DNA of 62,574 nt, filler included, from Platydemus manokwari (lineage: Eukaryota): NCBI GenBank assembly GCA_037951405.1. It is 6 parts of 6 records of this genome, joined end to end, with 100 filler letters (N's around TTAATTAATTAA, not from the genome) between each part and the next. Parts side by side here need not be neighbours in the genome. Positions count along the whole stretch, not along the records: positions 10,501 to 23,521 come from JBBMOY011876942.1; positions 23,622 to 33,277 come from JBBMOY011221543.1; 4 more parts are not named here. One strand, written 5' to 3'. Made by a program: the position numbers and the translations under genes. How positions within the stretch are numbered: the stretch's first letter is position 1; each line of letters opens with the position of its first letter. Under the pieces are notes generated by a model, which saw only the letters and a program-made list of their open reading frames with translations, did no database searches and was not told the DNA's origin. This document shows positions 12,447 to 26,800 of this stretch, piece by piece.

Positions 12447-15400
12447 TCAATTTTGGATTTCGAATCTAGCCTTAAGATTTTTCACCGAACCTTTGGAAGC
12501 CTGGTTGACCATGTCTAATTCGTTGAGGTAATTATTATTTGAATTACGCCTTTTGAAATCGCCTTCCTTTTCCACTTGACCGTCCATCCAACCAGCGACA
12601 CGATTTTTAACTCCAATATCTATCGGAGCTTTTCGCTGGTTAGTTTCCGGCACTGTCTCGTTTCCTTCTGAAATAGTGGATCTTATATTAAAAAACCGAT
12701 ACTGAAATTTGCCAAACAAAATAACAGATTCATTTATTTACACATTAAATGTTTATTTAACAGCTGATATTGATATTTACAAACATTCGTAAATTTCTTA
12801 AAGTTCATTAAAAACAATTTATAAACCATCTATTAATGAAGCACTTATAGAATTTATAACCAATATCGATTATTATCTAAAAACATTACCCTGGAATCGT
12901 TTAGCCAGATCTTTAGCAGACACAGTTTTCTCTTTTCTTTCAATGGGAGAATAAGACTAAAACAATTTTTAGATAAACATAATATATAATTATTATAGTA
13001 CCGATGATAATAATAATAAATTGATTATATATTTATATTATAATTATAAATTGATAAAATATAATCGATATATTTATCAAAGGCCTGAAATTCAAAATGA
13101 TATCATAGAGGTCACAAATAATTCAAATCCACTGTTAATCAATACAGGTCCCAAATTCATGGTGCTTGATAAAGTCGACAAGAAAATACTACAAAACCAA
13201 TATTTGGCTTGATCAGAAAATCTACGCAACCTTTACGAAACAATAAACAATATCTCAAAGCATAGTTTGTTAAACTATAATTCATACTCCATATCAATCA
13301 TGTCGCGACATAACTAAAGGCTCACATATACGCAGCGAATATTATTATTATTATTTTGCCATTAGAAAAATAATATTTAATAAAACAATATTCCAAATCT
13401 TGTTCAAGGAAATATATTTCTTACTGTTGCTGTATACCCACTGTCTGGAATAGTATCTGTATAGGAACTGCCTCCCGGCGAACTGAAATTGTCTATTAAA
13501 TATAACAAATAAGAATGTTACAAGAATTATATATATAAAATACTCAAGGGATCTATCTGACACTTGTTAACATCAATGTCATCATATTTTCCTAAATGAT
13601 TAATATCGATCAATTTCAGTGTAAAAATCAATGATCATAATAATGTGCATCTTAAATTCAAAGATTATTTCAGAGACATTTTGTGTGATTATACAGGTTA
13701 TTTGAGATGCAAACTTCATCAAGAGCACACATAAAATATCCTTTATTATAAAATTAAAAACTATTATCTCATAGAAATCTTTATAAAATTATTAATGATT
13801 AAAGGAGAATTTATTGTCATTGAATAATATGAATAATATAAGTGGTATCACTGACCAATTAGGTAAGTCTTTTCGACAAAATAAAATAACACAAGAAAAT
13901 CGTTTTGAATTTGATACACAGAAAAATGGATGCCTGTCTCAAAAGATTAAATATCTGACAAATACCGAGACTAAAATACCGATATACTTCTAAAGAATTA
14001 GTCATAATAACTCAAATATTTCAATCTGGATCAATTTACAAGTTATTTGTGTGACAAATTCATCGGATCACATGTTTTGTTCGGGTGTTATTCAATATCG
14101 TAACATTTCTTGTTTTAATTTGAGCTTGGTCAGCATTTTGATTTGTACATCATTAATAATTTCTCGATCACTATATGCACAACATGTTAATCGCCCGTTA
14201 CATCTGCCTAGTAAATGTCAGATCAATTGCTTAATAACTTTTTGCTATAAACCACTTATACATTGACCGACATTAAACTTGATTTAAATTATAATAATGG
14301 TTTAATCTGTCAAAACGTTGAGCAAAATTTCTTATTCCATCTACGACATCAAAAATGTCAATCTTAATTTTACTAGTTTTTTAAATGTAACACTCAAACA
14401 CTTAAAAATCATAATAAAAGTAATAAATGATAATAAATAATATGATTAAACCTCTCATTCGAAAGAGTTCAATGTAATGAGGCTTGCAGAACAGATTTCC
14501 ATTGGATTTCGACACAACCGTTGGACTGAAATAAATAATTATATCAATTATGATCATGAATAAATGTATTATCAATTTTTACAAAGCATATGAAGAGATA
14601 ATAAAATACATTTCACATTCCTTTGAACTATTTTATCTGGTTCAAACCAATTAATGAATTCAAGCACGTTTTTTATAATACAATGCCTTTAGTTCCACCA
14701 AAATATTATATTCTAATGTGATTATAGGTCTTGTGTTGTTATAAGATATATTACAATTATATCAACCATTTTTCTATAATTAAAAAAATAAAAATACTAA
14801 TGTAACTCTAAAATACGAGTGATACGAGTAAAATAACCTCCTTTGGTGATATTCTTGTTTTTTTGTACAAATACAAAGGTATGGAAATTATATTTAAGAG
14901 TATGAACAAAATAAATAAAGAAAAAGGAAAAAACATCGAGATATAAGTTATTTTAAGCCACTGTTGTTAGGACAGCTCACAATTTTTGCGAAATATAGCT
15001 GAAAGCGACACATTGATTTAACACAAAAATATAATTATAAAAATATAAGCACAGTTAAATGGTGGGGGATTACAGTGAAATGGTTGCGAACGAATTATTG
15101 AATGAAGGATCATTGGTCCTATTTGAAAATGATGAGTGGAAATAACTATTATCAACCTATCAGCGAACCAAAAGTTAAAATTGGTTAAATCTCAATCTTT
15201 AAACCCTCATAATCCCACACTTACAGTAGTTGTTTATCTAATCCAATTCTTTTTCATGATTTTCAGAATATTCTTTATATAACAAAATTCTGATCCTCAA
15301 AATTTTATATCCAGTCACACACATGTCACTATAATTAGTAAGATTATAATTATTATTGATCCAATAATTGAGTAAAGAAACCAATTGTTGAAAAACTCTT

Positions 15401-18010
15401 AATAGATTACATTATCAGTCGTTCTTATACCGTTCTTATTAAAACATGGCTTCTACGATTAAAAGTACTTGGTCTAAATAATAGATTATAAAATCTTATC
15501 AATGACTATCGAAAAGTATTTCGATAAGAATTTTTTTTAGTGACATTATATTTATAAATTTTATATCATTATATATTAACCAAAAAATAACCAAAATAAT
15601 AAATTAAGAGTTGATTTATGTGGTCTTTATTAATAGCACATTAATTAATAATTTCTATCAAAGCTTTGTTTTATAAATTATAGTCAGACATCTTCCAATC
15701 AATCCAACAAACCAAACTTATTCTAATTTCTTGACACCACATTGAAAATGTGAAATCACAGAATTGTAAATATTTTTACTGATATTTGAGTGAGTTCATC
15801 TGTAGCTGATTTTATCAAAGATAAATTTATCAAAAATCTTTTTTAAAAATTTACAAGCTATTACAATCACGTGGACGTTCAAATCAGTTTAATAGCTAAA
15901 TAAATAATTTTAAAGTTCAGCTTTAAACATTAATATAGTACGATAAATAACAAGTATTTTGCTTTATTTCTTTCATCTTCTTCTATTCTACTTATAAAAT
16001 CAAAACTTAAAATATTTTAATGAGAAATAATAAAGAAAGGAATTCCAAGCTTGAAATAATGGCCTAATGACTGATTGATAATATACCAAAAATTAATTCC
16101 AATACCGGAACGTGTTTTAGGTCAAGTAATAATATATGTTGTAAGGTTTTTAAAATAATAATGGTTTTTAAAATATAAATTTAATAGATTTTATAATCCA
16201 ATTTTATATAATTAATTTGTTAAAATATAATTTTGTGTTGCGGCTTTTCTGTAAGTTTATATAATAGTTGGAGCTTACATGGTGATGTCACTTTAGATTC
16301 AATTGTTACAAAAATCTATTACACGGGGTATAGCGGAGGAGGAAGATATAAGGAGATGTCAAAAAGATAAAAAAAGAAGTTATAAAGTAGATAGAAGAAA
16401 TAGAAATATCTAGAAAATTTGATAGAGATAATTAGTGTGTCGTTACTTTTCCGTTTCCATTGGATGATTTATTAAAGAGTAGCTGTTTACATACGCTACG
16501 AATGTAAAACCTTTAGATTGATGTCGATGTTTGAATAAGTAGGACCAAGATAAATAAAATAATTCATTTTAATGCAAAGGTAAATCTCGATAAAATAAAC
16601 AAAATATGTATATATTTATACGAAAGTATCATTAGTATGAATCATTCAAATCTATTAACAATAATCGATAACGATATCATTGAAGCCTATCATTTATATT
16701 ACTGTTAAGCATTGTGATTTTCAACTGGTATACCACAAATAAATCTTGCGTGTAACATAACCCGTTTAAAAAGTTATAAATAACGTGAATTTCAGTAGAA
16801 TATTGAAACGTAATAAGTGCATGAGTCAAATATGGTGATTATGATAATTTAAGATTCATTGTCATCATTCAATGTTTTCACAATAGTTATTGCATAGAAT
16901 GAGAAAATCATATTTATCCCGAAAGATCATGAAATAATCAAGCTTATGAAAAATTGTAAGTATAAAAATTGAATAATCAGACCTATCAATAAAAAATAAC
17001 CAAAAATCAATTCTGAAAATATTAAATAATCAATAAAGAATAAATCGATAAATAAACACAAGTTCGATTTTTGTAATAAATTTCTCTTGTTGATATTTAA
17101 ACGCTTAATTGAACTGAAAGGGTCGGCAAGCAGAGTCTCTCTGACTCTTGAACAGAAGACTTTCCTTTAGGTAAGCCTCGATGGAGTTTGTGAATCCAGT
17201 TACGAGTCAAGATATATTATGAAGTATATCATTAACTAATATTCGAATTTCTTTAAAAAAGAAACTGCACGGTAATTCCTGAGTGAGTTAGACTTGTCCT
17301 AATCCAGAAACTTTATTACTGACGTTGGTATTTTATCCATCATAGAATCCATGGCATTTATGACCACAATAACCTCATCAATTTTGAAAATAAATATTCA
17401 AACATATTTGATTTACATCCATATTTTTTGTAAAATAAATAATTTATTAAACTGTTTTTATAAGTTGGGAATCCCTTTTGATTAGATCGAATAATTATTT
17501 AAGATGTTATTCTAATAAAAATTGTATTATCACCCATCATTATCTCAAAAACGGAACAGGCGTATATGGAAAATGCTTTTCCTCATATGTAGTAGAAATA
17601 ACAACGGAAAAGGTGCATAATCAATAACATAAACGCCCAAAACTTTTCCTTGTTATAATTAAAATTACACAAATCATCACACAATTTCAACTGGAAACGA
17701 TGAGTTGTAACGGGGAATGTATTTGGTATTAATTGGAGACTTTAGGTAACTCATTATTTTCAGGAAATTGTGTTTCTAGGCGTAACATTATACCGAATGT
17801 ATTTTAATTTTGTACCTTCTAATAATCGTACTGGGATGGTGTTGGTTGTCAGTTATTGATAAAATTAGATATATTTATATGTTACCTGAGTGCTTTTTTA
17901 CATTTGCAGCACCTGAAGCAGTTTTGATGATAGATTTTCGAATCGAGAATGACTTTTTCCATCGGATACACATTTCCGGCACATACTTCACATTTGGTAC
18001 CAGACGATGA
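12447..18010 (-). CDS. LIM-domain protein (EPLIN/LIMA1-LIMD2-Xin type LIM), 5' end uncertain; exons 18010-17886, 14525-14452, 13591-13544, 13492-13425, 12956-12890, 12667-12447
   Basis: Spliced translation CEVCAGNVYPMEKVILDSKIYHQNCFRCCKCKKALS|PTVVSKSNGNLFCKPHYIELFRMRG|KYDD fits the LIM consensus with the VYPME and CKPH.....F...G.YD hallmarks. All junctions are GT-AG and phase-compatible through to the stop at 12447. Confidence 0.88.
16303..16510 (+). mobile_element. Possible solo-LTR fragment in LIM gene intron
   Basis: Starts TGTTAC, then a purine-rich U3-like tract, TATAAA and ATTAAA, ending in a degenerate TGTAAAAC. No clean TSD. Confidence 0.3.
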
Positions 18011-18479
18011 CTAAATATGAACGAGTTGTGAATATTGACACATATAGAGATAAGATACTCATATCAAATGAAATAAAAACAATCAAGAAAAATAGAGAAA
18101 ATTAACTAAAACGATTAAATGTTAAGATGAATATTAAAATTGATATCAAACAATTATTTACAATGAATGATAAAATGTGCTTTTTCAATGAAAATTATTT
18201 TATTCCAAATTTTCAGTGTCACTACTAATCTCAAAAAATTAACATGATTCCATTTTTTCCAATAAAATTTCTTTATTTCTATTAACTATTTTTAATAATA
18301 ATAAAAGATGAATAGATTTATCAAAATAGGAATTATTAATATTCAATAACATGTAGCCCAAATAAATAATTTTTCAAATAGGATTGGAACAAAAGTCTTG
18401 CCGATAGGAAATAATATTTATTTAATCAATAAAGAAAATATATGTAAATTGAGAAATATAAACAAAACATCATTCGTCT

Positions 18480-19460
18480 GTGAATCTGAAATGTTGAAAA
18501 TAGTCACCTTTAAGGTCCACACACTTTTATCAGCATTCTGGAAGTTTTTTCATGCCATTTTCAAAAAATTCCGCGGGTTTTGAAGCGAACCACTTTTCCA
18601 AATCATCGTTAACCTATTCAGCGAAGTGATATGGTTTCCCAAAAAGTCAGTTTTTCATAGGATAAAATAGGTAATAGTCTGAAGGGGCAAGGTCTGAGCA
18701 GTATTCTGGATACGATATTACCGTATAGACGATCTCAGCAAACATATTTTGAGTTAAACATGCCGCATGTGGTCGCGCGTTATCGTGAAGGAAATGAAAA
18801 TTTTCAAAACCATTTTCACGCAACCGGAAATTGAAATTTTTTAGATCTATAGACGATTGATGTTTTGCTCATATTTCTCAATTTACATATTGGCTTTATT
18901 GGTTAAATAAATATCATTTTCTATCGAACATATCTTTCGTTCCAATCCCATATATATGACGATCTTTCAATTATAATTTCATATAAACATATGTCATAAA
19001 ATCCCATACCTCATCAGTAATATATCCAACAATTTATTTATAATTAAATATATTATAAAAATCAAAACTAAAAATCTAGATGTTTAGTGTAGATAGATGT
19101 TAGAAAAGTCAACCCTGATGAGCGAAAGGCATGGTGCGAAAAGAAATAATTTCAAACCAAAACCGATTTATTTTTGGGTTGATGGATTTTTTATAAAGAT
19201 TCCAGCAGAAAGCCGAATCTGTTGCACCAGCAGGTGTTTCGTTTGAACAAATATATGATCCAATATTGAGAGAAATTGTTAAGAGCTGCATTTTCAGTGC
19301 TCCATATCAATAAATGTTTCAAATATCATCAGATAATGTCACATCTGCTTTCTTGAACAAATATAGAGCTCCCCAATCGTATTTCATTTTTCACAAAGTC
19401 ACACCATATCTCAACTAATACTGATTCGGCGGCGACACTAGTTGAAGTGTCACTCTACTT
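18480..19460 (-). mobile_element. Decayed mariner (DD34D) transposase
   Basis: Minus-strand translation gives ITDEVW, then FLHDNARPHAACLTQNMFAEIVYTVISYPEYCSDLAPSDYYLF...KWFASKPAEFFENGMKKLP...CVDLKGDYF. There are 34 residues between the second and third catalytic Asp, plus internal stops. The 5' boundary is approximate. Confidence 0.88.
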
Positions 19461-20406
19461 ATTCTTTGCCAATATATAGTTGATTAACTTTTCTAATATT
19501 AATTGATTTTCATAAAATTTAACTCATTAAATCTGTCAGAGTAAACAATCAAATCATGCTTATTGATCATGTTTAGAGCAATGATTGGAATAATATTATT
19601 AATGCTTATATTCGCACTAAAATTATTCAAATTATTGATGAATGTAGGAAATAGATCGATTTGACCAATTGAAGAAATCATTAGCACCGAGGTCGACAGA
19701 AAACAAATAATTAAGCACAACAATTCTTAGAAATTTTGAATTTAAAAATAAATATCGATAATTCTATCAATTGTTACAGAATATCCACCCACGCTTCAGT
19801 AAACACATCTCTACGATACTATCAACGACACCATCATTTAATGTAATGATGATGAAAATATATCACGACCGTGGGTGAGACTACTTACGAAATAATCAAC
19901 TTATAGAATAATAATAATACCAATCACAATGATTCATCATTTCGACGAGTAAGATGATCACGAATCATATAACTGCAAAATTAAAAACGCGAAAGTCTTA
20001 CAGATCAAATGAAAATATTAAAATTATGTACAAGTTGTATTTGAATTCAAGACATAGTTCATCACAAGTTTTTCTCATTGCTTTCTATCTGATGCGTGAT
20101 GCTCCAATCAGAGAAGTAATTTCCGGTTTAATTTATTGCTCAAATATTGATGTCGAGTCCATCGGGGAAATTAATTATATTTATGAATGTTACCATATTG
20201 GATTATGTCTTGTTTAAATTTTCTATCTCATCATGTCAACCATTATCGTATAAGTGCCAATAATAAACAAAAACATTCCATGGTTAATCGATCAGTATTA
20301 ATATTATTAATATTGCCGTGCGTTAAGTAAGAGAAATATACCGTAAAATTGTCACAGACCATGTCATTGTTTATAAAATTTAAAAATAAACATAAAAAGT
20401 CTAAAT

Positions 20407-20702
20407 CAGTGTTCTTCAAAAGGGGGAGCGAGAAATTTCATTTTCTACACTGACTTATATTAAGACAAAATATCGATACAATTTTAAAGATATGGGTTTA
20501 ATACTGAGATCAGCTATCGCTGAAATAGAGCCAATATTTGATGTTTTATGCCAGAATATGTTAAATGGTTGTTATTATTAAATATATTTTAATTTTTCAG
20601 TGTTAAAAAAATATTTTATTATTTTTACTTTAGTCAATAGGGGTTGCAAAAAAATTTGGACTCATAAAGTAGGTGGTAACACAAAAAGTGTAAAGACCAC
20701 TT
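20407..20702 (+). mobile_element. Non-autonomous hAT (Buster/Charlie-like) element
   Basis: Ends CAGTGTTCTTCAAA...AAAGACCACTT. 8-bp TSD gtctaaat/gtctaaaa (7/8, nnnTAnnn). Ends are shared with the element at 32588-32933. Confidence 0.75.
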
Positions 20703-20754
20703 GTCTAAAATTTACGAATTTTATTTAAAATTACCAACATTAACGCATTCTACA

Positions 20755-21010
20755 AATGGTTATCTAAATTGAATTGATATTCTGAAATCAATCATAAAAT
20801 ATTATTGATTTTATATTATTCATTTTGATATTGATTGACAACTATAATTTTAATATTTATAAATTTTAATTATTATTAAGTTTTAATTATTTAATATAAT
20901 TTAATTATTATAAAATTATTATAATCCAACCGATTTCAAAATCAATGACATAAAATCAATAAAATTTTTACAATTGATTTCAGAATTTCAATTCAGTTAA
21001 AATAACGTAT
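20755..21010. repeat. Foldback/long-TIR MITE-like inverted repeat
   Basis: The left arm gttatctaaattgaattgatattctgaaatcaatcataaaatattattgattttat matches the reverse complement of the right arm, gttattttaactgaattgaaattctgaaatcaattgtaaaaattttattgattttat. Similarity extends over ~80 nt around an AT-rich core. Confidence 0.75.
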
Positions 21011-22806
21011 TCAGGACATAAAGCAGAAATATTGAACAGTTCACGTAGAAATTTGAAAAAAACTACTGTGGCTTTCAGAATTTATTTATAAATCTATATA
21101 AAGACAATCGGTGACATACAGGATTGATTGTAACCTTGACAACCAAAACTTAACGAGAATAGAAACTATATTAATAATCTTTCATAATTATGCTTGATGC
21201 TATAACGATTTATTGAACATCAACTCTAAAAAGTAAAATAAAGCTGTAATTTCAGAGCGAACAAATTTTACTGTGTTTTCGTCGTCATCGATGGAAATGT
21301 TATGCTATCGAATTTCTATAAGTGACATATTAAAATGAGGAGAATAATGAATAGACATTAAATATATTTGATAATAAGACATATCTTATTGAACGTATTT
21401 CCTGGGAAGATATGTGAATAACTGCGTTATCAGTACTATAGATTTTACTCAAAAAATACTCTAAAAATTCCAAAATTATGATTAATTTTTAAACAAAATG
21501 TTATGTAATAAATGATTTTCAAATACTATTCCATGAAATCGCATAAAATATATTATGTAATAAATGTTACAATAATATATAATGATAATAATTTCAGCAT
21601 AATCCTGAACAAAGGCTGCATTATCGAGCGTGAATAATATTATTTAACATCTAATAGAAAAGCGGGAAATTATTAAGAGGTGGAAATGGAATTAATTGAT
21701 GAAATACACTTCCGGTTTCCATTAATTTTACAACAAAACCCATGTTTCCACGGATACAAGAAACGTTTCTAAAAATGAATCAAAAAACAATCTTTATTTA
21801 ATAATCAGCAAATTGGTCGATTAACACCAGTAAAATTGAGATTTGTGTGGTTTTGGCGTGAAATAATTGGAAATGCGAATCAATAGATAAATACCTCATT
21901 ATAAATTGACAAGAAAATATTTTAATTACAAATTTTAAAAAATATTGACAAAAAAAACAATAAATTTTTTTAAAAAATGGAAATAATTACTTTGAATATT
22001 AATAATTGGATAAAAGTTGTTCACAAAAACTATTTTATCCAATCAAATTCAAGGAAAATAACAAAAAATAAATTCGATTTACATAACACCCATAGAATCA
22101 AATCCATTTTAGATAAATTTATTTAATATGGATTATACCAAAAATAATTGTTAATCTCAGATAAAAACGTGATTTTAAAAAAAAATTATAAAAATTATAA
22201 ACAGTAATAATAATTCTTATTTAGATTATTTCATTAAAAAAATAGAAACTTAAAATATTATCTTTATACCCCAAAATGACCCAGCCAATATTCATACTAC
22301 ACTGACTCTCATCAGTTAGTGATTGCTGAGACAGACACACACACAAGTTATAAACCGTACTTCAATCAATAACGCATTGATTCAAACAAAGCTCGCATCT
22401 TGATCAATAATAAATTTTAAGTTCGATTAGATTTACTCACCAATGCTAATAATAAAAACAACCAAAATCCTTTTCGTTATTAAGTTAAACTTTTTTAAAA
22501 AATAATAATAAAAAACTTAAAAAAATAGCAAGTGTTAGTTTTGTTTTCTTGTTTTTTTATAAAACTAATATTAATAATAATATAAAGCAATATCATATAA
22601 AAGCATAAAATAATCAATTAGTTCCACGAGAAAAAAATAAAAGCTTGGTGTTTCTTTTTCCACAAAATATAAAAATATTCAAACGCCAATATATCAAAGA
22701 TAAATTGCCAAAAATCCGTTTTGAGTGCACGAAATAATGAATAATATGTGTGGGGATAATTTATCTTTGATAACAATCGATCACTAAAATACAAGTTTTC
22801 ACTCAC

Positions 22807-23094
22807 CTTTTGGAAAAATATCGATGTCGACCTTTCTTTATCGGTTGTACAACTGAACTATTAGGGACAATTTATTATTATCGTTATTATTTAATCCGCA
22901 TTTATTCATTTAAAATCAAAAATTATAATATTTCACAACACATTAAAATTACGTAGAAAAATATTAATCATTATTGCAACAATTACCTTTGCTATCATAT
23001 TAAATAATGATTTCGATTTCAAAGGTGGCGACTTTTTTAAGATTCCTTCATAAACGATTTCAATGTTGTTCAAGTCTAAGGACTTTTTTGGCAT
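22807..23094 (-). CDS. Two 5' coding exons (23094-22987, 22857-22807) beginning like a Gab/DOS-family PH domain; downstream linkage unresolved
   Basis: MPKKSLDLNNIEIVYEGILKKSPPLKSK resembles the Gab/DOS (V.EGWLxKSPP) first PH strand. Strong donors AAG|GTAATT and AAG|GTGAGT, both phase 0. Confidence 0.55.
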
Positions 23095-23521
23095 TTCTGA
23101 AATTATTAGATTTGAGTACCATAAAATCAGGTGAATAAAAACTTCCAAAACATCATCGAATGGAAATATTATTTTTATTTCTATAAAAAATAATCATTAC
23201 TTTTCATCATTATTTGGAAAATATCATTTAGATTTACGTGGTTGCTTGCTTTGGAAATTGAAAAAAAATTAACTTAAAATAAAAAATTGAATAATTTAAA
23301 ATTCAACAGCATGAAAGGCTAATTTTGATTCAATTAAACACGTGCGTTAAAGACTGTATAATTAATTTTTTAATATTACAAATTTCATTAATTATTATGT
23401 TGGTTCTATGATGTTCAAATTTTAAAATTCTTAAAATAAAACATTGTTATATATTATATAAGTTTTTAACTATTCTTTTTGATAATAGAAACATTGATCG
23501 ATAATAAAATTTAAGTTAACT

Positions 23522-23621
23522 NNNNNNNNNNNNNNNNNNNNNNNNNNNNNNNNNNNNNNNNNNNNTTAATTAATTAANNNNNNNNNNNNNNNNNNNNNNN
23601 NNNNNNNNNNNNNNNNNNNNN
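23522..23621. other. Artificial assembly linker
   Basis: N44-TTAATTAATTAA-N44. Confidence 0.97.
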
Positions 23622-23816
23622 TGGTTGCATTTGACACACCGGTGGTCTTTAGAGAAATTTAAATATTATTATCATGAAAAATAAAATATGAATTATTAGG
23701 GTTTAATATAAATAAATAATATTTATCATATTATTTCATATTGTTGCAATTAAGTTTTGATTTGGGATGAACATTGGCCAATAAAATCAAAAACAACAAT
23801 CCAGTAACAATTTAAT

Positions 23817-26800
23817 TCAATTATTATATGACATGGCAAGAGCTGCTATTTCGCTTCTTTCTGTTACAATTTTGAACACTTTGGAATCTTTTTTCTGTAA
23901 TTTCATTAACATTTCATTGATAACCTTTAAGTTATTTTTCATTTCGTTTTCATCAGCATTCGGATCCCAAATATCCTCCAAGGTTTCGATTATATTTGCC
24001 TAAAAAGACCTAAAGCTTAATGTCTAATCAAATTATTACTCACAGCATCGGGAATCAATCCATATCGTTTTTTCAGTTTTTGAAGAGTTGTTTTAATTTT
24101 AAGATTTCGAGTTTTCTTGGTTACCAACTTTTCAGTACGAGTTTTCTGTGATCGAAATAGAGTCAAAATGCTGCTGATCACGACCACTAGAATAAGATAA
24201 CTGATTGAAACTAGAGTTATTATCAACCAATGCAACCAGAAAATGTCATACACAATTTCTTCTGGTGGTCGATCATAGAAACACGGTTCTCGAATGCATT
24301 TCTTTAGCTTAAGCATAATTTTTAATTAGGAGATTTTTTAAATCGTGTGATAAACATTGACAATATACAACTAATATTATAAAAAAAAATTAAAAACTTA
24401 ATTTTTTGTTCATTACTAAATGATAAAATGTTCGGCAATCTCCAAAAATTATAAATCCAGAAAATAATTTCAAATCTATTCTCAAAATCAAATATATATG
24501 ACTATTTACCATTTAATTTTAAGATATTAAGAAGAATCAATAAACCTCTTCTGCATGTCCGATGCAATCATCAATTTGACCTACACAGTATCGGATTCTT
24601 TGGCTAATAGAACTCATCCCACAATCAGGAAAACAACTGGTCCAATTAGACCATGTTGACCACTGACCTCTTGGTACGTCACATTCTTCTCCTTTGAAAT
24701 CTAAATCGCATTGGCAATAAGATCTGTATCCATCCTGATATTAATCATGCATATACTTTTATTCTTTACCAAAATAAAATTTGATACTAACTGGAGAAGT
24801 TTCACAACTTCCAAAAACACATAACCTATTGGCGCATTGTTCCAGTATTGCCATACAGTTATCGTAGGGTAAATTTCTATCTGACACAAATGGGGGTGCA
24901 CACCCACACGAATATGATGATGTTCCCAACAATGGAAAACATTTATTCTTTCCTTCTGCGACATTGCAGGCTTCAAGTCCGGATATACGACTAGGATGGC
25001 TATCACCGTAAATGCATGCATTATTTAATACTGAACAATCAAAAGCCATGAATCCGCTTTTACATATACACTCCACGGTGCCTTAAATACATAACAATGA
25101 TTCAAAAATATGGAGATTTTTTCGTTTACCCAAATTTGGAAAAAAGTTGCATTTCATCGTACCTTTTTTATTACAAATCGTGAAACAATAATTCTCAGCT
25201 AGACATGCGAGGCTCTTATGGTCCCATTTGAAACCCTGATAATCAATAATAGGATTTTAAAAATTATTTATTTTATTAATAATTTTAATAAAATGAACTT
25301 GTTCTCAGAATGAATCAATCATGATATTTAAAGGTAAAGATTGATTTATTATCGAGATGAATCTACAAAATGACAAAGAAAAAGTACAAAAGTATTAAAC
25401 GAATATGATTTCAATCAATTTTCAGACAGAAGATAAAATTCATTCATATTTTTATTTTATAATTAACGAATGTTTCGGGAACTGGATTTATCAAAGATTG
25501 TCAGAAAGGAATATTTCAAGTATTTAAATTATTTAGATATTGATGTAAGCCAGGGTTAGTAAATATGATAACCGTACTTAAACTACACTTTTAAATACAG
25601 TTGAATTCATATAGATTAAAGTGGATACTCGATGTCAATATATTCTAATCGAAAATTCACTCGCTATTACAAATCATCTATTTCGATGATACCATTTCAC
25701 TTAATATCATCATTTATTCAATATGATTACAATATTTGAAATTTTTTTGCATTTTCCAAAAGTTATTAAATTTGGTTAGTTGGATTGAAGGGAAAAGAAA
25801 AATAAACAAAATTTAGAAAAAAAATTATTCTTAATTTGAAACAATAACTAAATGTCTGGCTCAATAAATAAGGTCATAAGTGAATCAGAGATGCTTCATT
25901 GATTTTTATCAGTTTTAAATTAAATTTTAATATTATTTATCAGTAAAATTGATTTAATTGCACTATTTTCCTGGACTGTGTGAGATGATATCAGCCATGT
26001 TCGACTGATTAGAATTACAGTTTGTAAAATTCTAAGATAATATAAATATAAATTTAAACAACTAATTTGTGGATTTAATTAGACGCTTATAATTATTAAA
26101 TGTCCGATTTCTTAATTTAAACAGATAGCCACAAATATTAATATAATATATGATAATGGGATCTCATTAATTGGATATCATTTTTCAATTTTTTACAAAT
26201 AAAATCTAGCAAAATCAAAATTGTTCTTGAAATGGACAATATTTATGATAAAGGATAAAATTTTAAAACTCAAAAATAAAATTGCTAACTTGTAAACAGG
26301 AACATTTAAAGTCTCGCTTATAAATTCCGAAATGTTCGCAACTGTTTATATCTGCATTACGAACTGATCGACAGGGGAAATCTTTGCATGGGTTGGGGCA
26401 AATCTATAATAAACAAATAAATAAATGATACGAATAAAAAACAATATAAAATTAATGAGCTGCTATCAACCCTCATTGAATCGGAATCCAAAAATTTAGA
26501 ATACACAAAGCACACAGCGTAAACGTAAATCGCACTCATTTGATCAATAGTCTTGATCGGATAGCAGTCCGTTAATGTGATAGGTACAAAATAGTTTTCT
26601 GAATACATATCTCTATAAGTGTTTTCGTTTTCTGCCAATGTTACATTAATCAGATTCGGATTGATGGGATCTAATAAACCGTAATCCATTCCAAATGGGT
26701 CTACAATATTTATAAAATATTTCCACGAACATCGAGGAAACTGAATCTCATCACAGAGTTTCGTCAGTCCAAACCAATCCATATTAATCAATACAGAATC

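Noticed and set aside
19113-19160. Hammerhead ribozyme core (CTGATGA...GAAA)
   Set aside because: Stems I and III and the NUH site cannot be formed, and it lies within a mariner relic.
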